Made by a program: the position numbers and the translations under genes
Source: Candidatus Saccharimonadota bacterium
Lineage (GTDB): Bacteria; Pseudomonadota; Alphaproteobacteria; Rickettsiales; Anaplasmataceae
Length of the DNA stretch: 32,000 bases
NCBI RefSeq assembly: GCF_025021925.1
Contig: NZ_CP092368.1
Coordinates: 420,001 to 452,000 of the forward strand
Direction: 5' to 3'
Part shown: piece by piece, positions 10,274 to 18,262 of the stretch
Numbering within the stretch: position 1 is the first letter of the stretch
Layout of the letters: each line of letters begins with the position of its first letter
The notes under the pieces: model-generated
Database searches by the model: none
The model's input: the letters and a program-made list of their open reading frames with translations, nothing else
What the model was told of the DNA's origin: nothing

Positions 10274-13200
10274 ATGGACGCCAAGTTGCCACATTACCCT
10301 AAGACAACGAGTAATCCTAATTTTACTCTTTTAGAACAGAAAATAATAATATTTTGGCAGAGTAATAAAATCTTTGAGCATTCAGTAGAACAATATTCTA
10401 AGAATCATAGTTTTGTCTGTTATGATGGACCTCCATTTGCAAATGGATTACCGCACTATGGACACTTACTTACTGGTTTCATTAAGGATACTATTGCTAG
10501 ATATCATACTATGATGCAAAAAAGAGTTGAAAGAAAGTTTGGTTGGGATTGTCATGGTTTACCAGCTGAAATAAGCGCTGAGAAAGAACTAGGGATCTCT
10601 GGTAGAATTAATATAGAAGCATTTGGTATTGCACAATTTAATAGTTATTGCCGTAATTCTGTGATGAAGTTTACCTCAAAATGGAAAGAATATATTGTAA
10701 GACAAGCAAGATGGGTAGATTTTGAAAATGATTATAAGACGATGGATAGATCGTTTATGGAATCAGTGATGTGGGCATTTAAAACACTTTATGAGAAAGG
10801 TTTAGTATATCAATCTGTACGGGTTGTACCTTATAGTTGGTCATGTGAAACTATACTATCTAATTTTGAGACTAGAATTGATAATGCGTATAGAGAAAAG
10901 ACTAGTCAAGCAGTTACTGTTGCATTTGAACTTTTAGAGTCACCAAAAGAATTAAGGAATACTCATAAAAAATGTAAATTACTTGCTTGGACTACAACAC
11001 CATGGACTTTACCTAGTAATCTCGCGCTTGCGATAGGACAAGATATTGAATATTCTGCAGTATCAATACATAACGAAATATATATTTTTTCTAAAAATTT
11101 CTTAAAGAAATGTCTCAATCATTGTGAAGAGCATAATCTGCCATATCAAGAATATAATATTGAGATTCACTATAAATCTCTTATAGGTCTTGCTTATAAA
11201 CCAATATTTGAGTATTTTAAAGATACAAAAAATGCGTTCCGTACTATTATTGCGGAATATGTAACAGAAACAGATGGTACTGGAATTGTACATCTTGCTC
11301 CTGGATTTGGAGAAGAAGATTTTTCTTTATGTCAACATTATAATATTCAGCCCATTTGTCCAATTGATCAAAGTGGAAAATTTACTCATGAAGTATCAGA
11401 TTTATCTGGAGTACATGTCTTTGATGCAAATAACACTATTATTAGTATATTACACACAAAAGGTCACTTATTTAGTACTGAATCATATATTCATAATTAT
11501 CCACACTGTTGGAGAACTGATACACCTTTGATATATCGCACTATGAATTCTTGGTATATTGCAGTAACAAAACTAAAAAAGAGAATGATAGAGCTAAATA
11601 AAACAGTAAATTGGATTCCCGATCATATTAGAGAAGGTCAATTTGAAAAATGGCTTGAGGGTGCACATGATTGGTCGATATCTCGTAATAGATTTTGGGG
11701 TACTCCTATCCCTGTATGGCAATCAGATGATGATCAATATCCACGGATAGATGTATATGGTTCAATAGCAGAACTTGAAAAAGATTTCAATACAAAAATA
11801 GAAGATTTACATAGGCCATTTATAGATTTATTAACAAGGCCTAATCCTAACGATCCAACTGGTCAATCAAGCATGAGGCGTGTTCCTGATATATTCGATT
11901 GTTGGTTCGAATCTGGCGCTATGCCTTTTGCACATGTTCATTATCCTTTTAATAATAAAGAGTGGTTTGAAAATAATTTTCCCGCTGACAGCGTGACTGA
12001 ATATACATCACAAACTAGAGGGTGGTTTTATACATTATTTGTTCTAGCAACTGCTCTCTTTGATACTGTACCATTTAAAAATTGTTTGTGTCATGGTGTT
12101 GTATTAGATATTAAAGGACAGAAATTGTCGAAACGACTAAATAATTATGAAGATCCAATAGAGATTTTTAATACATATGGATCTGATGCCTTACGATTTC
12201 TCATGCTATCATCATCGATTGTTTCTGGTGGTAATTTAATGCTTGATAAAGCAGAGATTTCAATACGTAATATTATCAAAAATGTGATTCAACCTATATG
12301 GAATAGCTATCATTTTTTCACTATATATGCAAATATAGATGGAATTCAAGCTCAAATATGTACAAAAGATTTCTCTCATCTTATGGATCGTTATATTCTT
12401 TTTAAATGTTTTGAAACTATTAAATCTATTCAAATTGCTATGAATCATTATCACTTACAAGAAGCTTGCTTGCATCTCATAAATTTTTTTGAAGTATTAA
12501 ATAATTGGTATATTCGTCGTACGCGTAGAAGATTTTGGAATAGTGAATTAAATCAAGATAAAATTGATGCTTATAACGTTTTATATACACTATTTTACTA
12601 TATATTAAAAGCATCTGCTCCCTTATTACCACTAACAACAGAAGTGATTTGGCAAGGTCTTCAGTATCAGGAATTATCAGTACATTTAGCCACGTTTCCA
12701 AATGTCGAGCAATATAATAATATAATTATTACTAAAATGGATTTAGTACGAGAGATTTGCAATGCTATATTATCTATTAGAAATATTTTTAATATACGTA
12801 TTAGACAACCATTAAAAAATGTGAATTTATATCATCAATCTCTCTTTAATAATCTTGAAAATGAATTCTTAGAGATCATCAAAGATGAAGTAAATATACA
12901 AGCAGTAAATATTGTATCTGAATTACAAGAAATTGCATCAGAAGAATTGCACTTGAACTTTTCTGTACTAGGTAAAAGAATTCCAAATCAGATCAAACAA
13001 TTAATTCAGTATGTGAAACATGGTAAATGGAAACGCATGACAAATATAGATCCTCAATTTACATCATCTATAATAAATAATATGACAAAATCTGCTTTGC
13101 AACATGCAATTTTTTTAGGTGATGAAATGAATTATTGCATCCTTCAAGAAGGAGAATATGAGATAGTATTAAAAGCGAATAGTAACTTTTCATCTGTCTT

Positions 13201-13507
13201 TGATCGAAATAAAGGAGTTGTCGTTCTAGATACTACTTTAAATGATGAATTAATTTTAGAAGGAATTGCGCGAGATGTTATTAGATGTATTCAAGATTCT
13301 AGAAAACAAGCACATTTATGTATTTCTGATAGAATTCATATAATTATACATACAAATAACGAGAAAATTCAGGAATCTGTATGTAAATGGCTTGAATATA
13401 TACAAAGTCAAACTCTAGCATTATCTCTCAAAATAAATTCACATGTTGCATCTCACTGGTATTCTTATAAATACAGAGATATGATTGTCAATATCTATAC
13501 CGTCTAA
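10274..13507 (+). CDS. ileS: Isoleucine--tRNA ligase, type 2 (eukaryote-like) form
   Basis: The block YDGPPFANGLPHYGHLLTGFIKD followed by FGWDCHGLPAE is present. A KMSKS-type KLSKRL motif is present. The ORF is 1077 aa with no C-terminal Cys-cluster. Confidence 0.95.
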   Translation: MDAKLPHYPKTTSNPNFTLLEQKIIIFWQSNKIFEHSVEQYSKNHSFVCYDGPPFANGLPHYGHLLTGFIKDTIARYHTMMQKRVERKFGWDCHGLPAEISAEKELGISGRINIEAFGIAQFNSYCRNSVMKFTSKWKEYIVRQARWVDFENDYKTMDRSFMESVMWAFKTLYEKGLVYQSVRVVPYSWSCETILSNFETRIDNAYREKTSQAVTVAFELLESPKELRNTHKKCKLLAWTTTPWTLPSNLALAIGQDIEYSAVSIHNEIYIFSKNFLKKCLNHCEEHNLPYQEYNIEIHYKSLIGLAYKPIFEYFKDTKNAFRTIIAEYVTETDGTGIVHLAPGFGEEDFSLCQHYNIQPICPIDQSGKFTHEVSDLSGVHVFDANNTIISILHTKGHLFSTESYIHNYPHCWRTDTPLIYRTMNSWYIAVTKLKKRMIELNKTVNWIPDHIREGQFEKWLEGAHDWSISRNRFWGTPIPVWQSDDDQYPRIDVYGSIAELEKDFNTKIEDLHRPFIDLLTRPNPNDPTGQSSMRRVPDIFDCWFESGAMPFAHVHYPFNNKEWFENNFPADSVTEYTSQTRGWFYTLFVLATALFDTVPFKNCLCHGVVLDIKGQKLSKRLNNYEDPIEIFNTYGSDALRFLMLSSSIVSGGNLMLDKAEISIRNIIKNVIQPIWNSYHFFTIYANIDGIQAQICTKDFSHLMDRYILFKCFETIKSIQIAMNHYHLQEACLHLINFFEVLNNWYIRRTRRRFWNSELNQDKIDAYNVLYTLFYYILKASAPLLPLTTEVIWQGLQYQELSVHLATFPNVEQYNNIIITKMDLVREICNAILSIRNIFNIRIRQPLKNVNLYHQSLFNNLENEFLEIIKDEVNIQAVNIVSELQEIASEELHLNFSVLGKRIPNQIKQLIQYVKHGKWKRMTNIDPQFTSSIINNMTKSALQHAIFLGDEMNYCILQEGEYEIVLKANSNFSSVFDRNKGVVVLDTTLNDELILEGIARDVIRCIQDSRKQAHLCISDRIHIIIHTNNEKIQESVCKWLEYIQSQTLALSLKINSHVASHWYSYKYRDMIVNIYTV

Positions 13508-13740
13508 CACATATTTTTTTCTTTATGATCTGTTCATTGAAGAATATATGCAGAGAAAAAAGAATTTTTATTCAAAAATGTCTAAATAATATGATCAGTG
13601 ATTCACACAGTCAATAAAAATTAATTAAGTAAATGATTATGAGAGATTGCAAATTTTTAATTCTCCAAATCTTATATAGAATCATTCAATTAGAAAGATT
13701 AAAAATAATATATGATATATACCAATGATAATACGTACTC

Positions 13741-14346
13741 TTATGAGATATTATAATTAGGTTCATGTAAATACATCGCTTTAGCTGCATGTAATTGTTG
13801 CTGATGACTCAGTCTATAAAGAACTAATTTTCCTGCATCACAGGCATGAAAATTTTTCACGATATTATTATTACTATCTACAGATATAGAATTCTCATCA
13901 CTCACTTGTTGTGCATCATTCACTACTATTGTAGGCTGTGATATTGGTAACAAATTACAATTAAACAACTGTGTATAGCGAATTTTTGTATTACTAATGA
14001 CTCTGATATTCTTTAGGTTATTTGGATATAGCAAAGATGTATTATATGCTTGTACTTCAAATGCACTCACACCATATAATGGCTTATTTGTAGCAATATT
14101 CATTCCTATTGCAGCTGACATTCCTACTCTAATTCCAGTAAAACTGCCTGGTCCTACTACTACTACTAAATGTTCTATCTGATCGTAGTGACAATGCAAT
14201 TTACAAAACAGATCAGTTAAAATTTGAAAAAATGACTCTGTATGATACTGCTTATCGGTACTCTCTTCTTGAAATATGGAACCATCATAATTCACAATTG
14301 CAATTGAAATATTATCATATATGCTATTAATAGCTAAGATTGTCAT
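13741..14346 (-). CDS. tsaB: tRNA threonylcarbamoyladenosine biosynthesis protein TsaB (YeaZ family)
   Basis: The N-terminus MTILAINS is typical, and the VVVGPGSFTGIRVGMSAAIG motif is present. The ORF is 201 aa. Confidence 0.8.
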   Translation of the reverse strand: MTILAINSIYDNISIAIVNYDGSIFQEESTDKQYHTESFFQILTDLFCKLHCHYDQIEHLVVVVGPGSFTGIRVGMSAAIGMNIATNKPLYGVSAFEVQAYNTSLLYPNNLKNIRVISNTKIRYTQLFNCNLLPISQPTIVVNDAQQVSDENSISVDSNNNIVKNFHACDAGKLVLYRLSHQQQLHAAKAMYLHEPNYNIS

Positions 14347-14347
14347 T

Positions 14348-15487
14348 CTATTGAACCTTATTATAGAATTTTGTAAATATTATTGCAAATGCTCCATTAC
14401 CTAGAACATTAGCTGCGGTAATAATTGGATCAAAAATTATATATAAACTTGTGATCAATGACAATGCTTCTGAAGAAAAATTAAGATACTTTTCAAGTAT
14501 AGGCAACATTATTATAATACCGCCTGATGGAACAGCAGCAACAGCAAATTTAAATAATAAAAAAAAGCTCAAAAAATACATATAATGTATCATTGATAAT
14601 GAATAACAGGATGAAATGATTGTAGAGAGAATTATAATAAAAAAACAGTCTCCAATGAGATGAAAGCTGCTAGTAATTGAAATAATAGGTGTGATTATAC
14701 TATGAGATGATAGTGAAATATTTTTTTTACTTCCTTCTAGAGTGAATGGTATAGTCGCATTACTAGAGAGAGTCCCTAGTGCAGTACACCATGCAGGCAT
14801 CATATTACCTATGCTGATCAACCAGTTCTTAACATTAAATGAATTAGCAAATCCATATAGAAATATAATATAGAAATACGTGCAAGAAGAAATGATTATC
14901 AGTGATAATGAATAATTCTTAAAGAGTACAAGGAGTACTTGATCATGCTGCATTTTGAGAGAATAACCTAGTATAAATAGTAGAATACTTGGTGTAAGAA
15001 ATATTTTCATAATCCATAAAATATAATGAGAGATTATATTAGAAATTATAGTACTCTGATGAGGTAATATCACGGTTATTACTATACTCAGTATAGATCC
15101 ACTAAAGAATACAAACAAATGAGAGACAATTGGCTTAAGATTTAAGGACCATAAAGGAATAATGATTTCATCATATGTTGTTACATATGATATCGAGTAA
15201 GAATTCTGTATCATAACATTCCCGATGGAATAAGCAATGATAGTAGAAATAAAATTAGAGAGAAAAATTGATAAAAAAAGTAATATTATAAGCTTGATAG
15301 CTGAATTATATAAACGATTCATACTACTAAAAATTAAGCAAAATACAATAAAAGGCATGATAAAGAGAATCAATTCCTTTATACTGAGACTAATTGAATA
15401 TAATAGAATTTTTACTTCTACTGGTACAAGATGGCCAAAACAGGCTACTATACTGATAATAATAATCAAAGAGATTAATTGGAACAT
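14348..15487 (-). CDS. Dicarboxylate/amino acid:cation symporter (DAACS/SDF) family transporter, divergent
   Basis: An HP1-like SSNATIPFT, an HP2-like AAVPSGGIIIM and a TM8-like FDPIITAANVLGNG occur in the family order. The protein is polytopic and hydrophobic, 379 aa. Its stop lies 1 nt before the tsaB start. Confidence 0.72.
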   Translation of the reverse strand: MFQLISLIIIISIVACFGHLVPVEVKILLYSISLSIKELILFIMPFIVFCLIFSSMNRLYNSAIKLIILLFLSIFLSNFISTIIAYSIGNVMIQNSYSISYVTTYDEIIIPLWSLNLKPIVSHLFVFFSGSILSIVITVILPHQSTIISNIISHYILWIMKIFLTPSILLFILGYSLKMQHDQVLLVLFKNYSLSLIIISSCTYFYIIFLYGFANSFNVKNWLISIGNMMPAWCTALGTLSSNATIPFTLEGSKKNISLSSHSIITPIISITSSFHLIGDCFFIIILSTIISSCYSLSMIHYMYFLSFFLLFKFAVAAVPSGGIIIMLPILEKYLNFSSEALSLITSLYIIFDPIITAANVLGNGAFAIIFTKFYNKVQ

Positions 15488-15594
15488 ACTATTAATCCTT
15501 CATCTCTAATGTCCTAATACAAAGGTGGTAATATTGTCTATAAAGTGTGAGAAAACAAAATTTCAATTTATTGATACTAGTAAAACTTTGCATA

Positions 15595-16458
15595 TTATCG
15601 ATACTGTCTAAGAATTTTGAAATCTTTTCCAGCATGATATGATGAGCGAGTCATAGGACTTGAAGATACCATTAAAAAACCCTTAGAATAAGCAATATAT
15701 TTATAATGTTCAAACTCTTCTAGAGTAATATATCGATCAATTTTAGCATGCTTTGGAGTAGGTTGAAGATATTGTCCAATAGTAATAAAATCAGTATCAG
15801 CACTACGCAAATCATCCATAATTTGATATATTTCTTCTTTTGTTTCTCCTAGACCAAGCATTACACCTGATTTTGTAAAAATCTTTGAATTCGTTTTTTT
15901 GACCATCTTAAGTAAATATAGTGAATGAAAATAACGAGCACGAGGTCTTATTTTTGCATATAATCTAGGTACTGTCTCAATATTATGATTATATACATCA
16001 GGTGCAGCAACAGCAATAGATTCAAATGCATCTTTTTTATTTAAAAAATCAGGAGTCAGCACCTCTACTGTAATATCTTGAGATAATTGTCTAATCTCTT
16101 CTATACATTTTATAAATTGCTTTGCTCCCCCATCTGATAAATCATCACGATCTACAGAAGTAATAACAACATGTTGTAAATTTAACATCTTTATTGCTTG
16201 TGCTACATTTTTTGGCTCACCAGGATCTAATATATTAGGTATACCAGTTGTAACATTACAAAATGCACAAGCACGTGTACAAATTTCACCAAGAATCATG
16301 AAAGTAGCATGACCCTTATTCCAACATTCACCAATATTAGGACATGCAGCCTGCTCACAAACTGTATTTAATTTATGTGATCTTACAATATTCATTGTTT
16401 GAGAAAAGCCCACTCCTGTTGGAGCTTGTACTCTTAGCCAGTTTGGTTTATTACGCAT
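15595..16458 (-). CDS. lipA: Lipoyl synthase
   Basis: The auxiliary cluster motif [13 protein letters not shown] and the radical-SAM motif [10 protein letters not shown] are both present. The ORF is 287 aa. Confidence 0.95.
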   Translation of the reverse strand: MRNKPNWLRVQAPTGVGFSQTMNIVRSHKLNTVCEQAACPNIGECWNKGHATFMILGEICTRACAFCNVTTGIPNILDPGEPKNVAQAIKMLNLQHVVITSVDRDDLSDGGAKQFIKCIEEIRQLSQDITVEVLTPDFLNKKDAFESIAVAAPDVYNHNIETVPRLYAKIRPRARYFHSLYLLKMVKKTNSKIFTKSGVMLGLGETKEEIYQIMDDLRSADTDFITIGQYLQPTPKHAKIDRYITLEEFEHYKYIAYSKGFLMVSSSPMTRSSYHAGKDFKILRQYR

Positions 16459-16472
16459 CTAAAGCTTATCTC

Positions 16473-16769
16473 TTAATACAATGTATGTCTTGCTAAAGCT
16501 TTTTTTAATCTTATTTTAATTTTTTGAGCTTCTTTACTTAATTTGATTGTTCTTGTTTGCAATAAAAAATCATCTAAACTACCTTTGTAATCTATCGATC
16601 TTAAAGTTTTGATCGCAATACGAAAGCTGAATTGCTGATTTAAAATCTCGCTTTTCAATGTTACTTTATGTAAATTTAAGAAAAAGGCACGTTTTGTTTT
16701 ACGATTTGAATGCGATACTTTATTACCAAAAGATTTTTTGCTTCCTGTTAACCAACAAACTCTACTCAT
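16473..16769 (-). CDS. rpmB: 50S ribosomal protein L28
   Basis: The N-terminus MSRVCWLTGSKKSFGNKVSHSNRKTKRAF is the L28 signature. Confidence 0.93.
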   Translation of the reverse strand: MSRVCWLTGSKKSFGNKVSHSNRKTKRAFFLNLHKVTLKSEILNQQFSFRIAIKTLRSIDYKGSLDDFLLQTRTIKLSKEAQKIKIRLKKALARHTLY

Positions 16770-16825
16770 TGCAATATATGGAACGATTTTCTATATATTG
16801 TAGATTATCTAATATAATCAGATAG

Positions 16826-17089
16826 TCAAGTCTCTTGCTGTACTTTTATATTATTAATAATCTTATATCCGAAAAATATTGATATTTTTGCCACTATCAC
16901 ATGAATCATACTATGAATTTTTAATTCTGTGCCTCCATTAATAGCGATGAGATACAATGTACCAGATCTCGTATTCTGTGTATATGAGATCTTTTTTGGT
17001 CGTGTATATTCTCCTATTTTTGTTCCTACAATATCTTGCCATTTTAAAATAAGACACATTTCATGTGTACTCATATTATTATTTTGCAT
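16826..17089 (-). CDS. DUF721 (DciA-like) protein
   Basis: The W-x2-IVG block, the LYLIAINGGTELKIH block and the FGYKIINNIKV block match the DUF721 pattern. The frame stays open a further 34 codons upstream, to 17191, with no canonical start in that stretch. Confidence 0.62.
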   Translation of the reverse strand: MQNNNMSTHEMCLILKWQDIVGTKIGEYTRPKKISYTQNTRSGTLYLIAINGGTELKIHSMIHVIVAKISIFFGYKIINNIKVQQET

Positions 17090-17187
17090 ACATTTCCAAG
17101 TATAGGATTCTATTATAGACTGTAATCTCTTAGGACCATAATTGTCACATGTTATTTTACTAGAAATTTCTTCTTCCTCCTCTCTAA

Positions 17188-17412
17188 TTATTTATTGATT
17201 GATATGTTTTCAGATCTTCGTTCTATCCAAGCTTCTTGAATTGCTTCAAGTATTTTTTCATTACAATATTTTGTATTATCAGTAAATTTTTCTAACTCAA
17301 GAATTTTTTTTTTGAGTTTAGTAAATGGCATATATATAATATTTTCACATGGAAAAAGCATTTCTAATTCATCTACTATTTCCTCTATATCAAGCCACTG
17401 CATATATCTCAC
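17188..17412 (-). CDS. iscX: Fe-S cluster assembly protein IscX (YfhJ family)
   Basis: It aligns by eye along its whole length with E. coli IscX. Matching elements are W-x-D-x2-EI, a PFT/RFT block, LExF-D, and NEKILEAIQEAW against NEKILEAILLVW. The listed start at 17412 is GTG. An ATG at 17401-17403 is an equally plausible start. Confidence 0.78.
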   Translation of the reverse strand: MRYMQWLDIEEIVDELEMLFPCENIIYMPFTKLKKKILELEKFTDNTKYCNEKILEAIQEAWIERRSENISINK

Positions 17413-17435
17413 TTCTTATTTTACTATTAAATCTC

Positions 17436-17521
17436 TGGTGCCCACGGGGAGACTTGAACTCCCAAGGTCACAAACCCACGGATTTTAAGTCCGCTGCGTC
17501 TACCAATTCCGCCACGAGGGC
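17436..17521 (-). tRNA. tRNA-Leu (anticodon UAA), 86 nt, with genomically encoded CCA
   Basis: The minus-strand sequence is GCCCTCGTGGCGGAATTGGTAGACGCAGCGGACTTAAAATCCGTGGGTTTGTGACCTTGGGAGTTCAAGTCTCCCCGTGGGCACCA. It folds as a class II cloverleaf. The anticodon loop is CTTAAAA, there is a long variable arm, and the T-arm is GGGAG/TTCAAGT/CTCCC. The acceptor stem has 6 of 7 pairs, with a U5-U68 mismatch. Confidence 0.9.
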
Positions 17522-17540
17522 TTTTTTCTATATTATATTA

Positions 17541-18155
17541 TTATCTAGAATAAAATTCTACTACCAAATTCACTTCCATATCTGATGAATATGGAACTTC
17601 AGAATATTGCGGTTCTCTTAAATATTTTACTGAAAATGCTTTTATATCTCGCTCTAAATAATCTGGAATTTTACGTTCTTGTTGTAATATACTATTACGT
17701 ATTAAAGGAATTGTTAAGATTCTATCTCTTATCTGTACGATATCACCTGGTTGGAGTGCATAACTTGCAATATTGACTAAATGATTGTTTACTGTGACAT
17801 GCTTGTGTGCTATAATCTGCTTAGCAGAATAAATTGTTGGTACAAAACCAGAGTGGTATAGTACAGAACTTAATCTTGATTCTAACATTCCAATAAAATT
17901 ATCAGCTGTGTAACCTCTTCTATTGTAAGCATTTAAAAAAATACGCCTAAGTTGCTGACTAGAAATGGCATAATAGCACTTGAATTTCTTGTGAGCAGCA
18001 AATTGCTTACCAAAATCAGATAGCTTTTTAAACCCTAGAATTCCATGTTGTCCAGGAGGATATTTTTTTTTATTTACTGGGTCTTTAGCTCTTCCCCATA
18101 AATTTATACCAAGTCTTCGACTCATTCTATACTTTCTAGTAATAATAGTTGTCAT
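17541..18155 (-). CDS. rpsD: 30S ribosomal protein S4
   Basis: The N-terminus [16 protein letters not shown] is S4-like. The PGQHG motif and an S4 RNA-binding domain are present. The ORF is 204 aa. Confidence 0.95.
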   Translation of the reverse strand: MTTIITRKYRMSRRLGINLWGRAKDPVNKKKYPPGQHGILGFKKLSDFGKQFAAHKKFKCYYAISSQQLRRIFLNAYNRRGYTADNFIGMLESRLSSVLYHSGFVPTIYSAKQIIAHKHVTVNNHLVNIASYALQPGDIVQIRDRILTIPLIRNSILQQERKIPDYLERDIKAFSVKYLREPQYSEVPYSSDMEVNLVVEFYSR

Positions 18156-18179
18156 ATAACTCTCAAGGTTGACTGTAAA

Positions 18180-18238
18180 TTATTAATTACTTTCATAATA
18201 AGTGTCAACTTGTTTTTATTCACATAATTTCTTATACT
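18180..18238. promoter_or_regulatory. Candidate back-to-back sigma70-like promoters for rpsD (-) and tkt (+)
   Basis: Minus strand: TTGACA (18208-18203), a 17-nt spacer, then TAATAA (18185-18180), ending about 25 nt upstream of the rpsD ATG. Plus strand: TTGTTT (18210-18215), a 17-nt spacer, then TATACT (18233-18238), ending about 25 nt upstream of the tkt ATG. Hexamer matches carry little information in DNA this AT-rich. Confidence 0.25.
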
Positions 18239-18262
18239 TCAATTTTTGCTATTTTTTAATAT

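Noticed and set aside
17349-17585. A 78-aa plus-strand ORF.
   Set aside because: It runs antisense across the tRNA-Leu gene and the ends of iscX and rpsD. Its open frame reflects the stop-poor antisense frames of these genes and of the tRNA.
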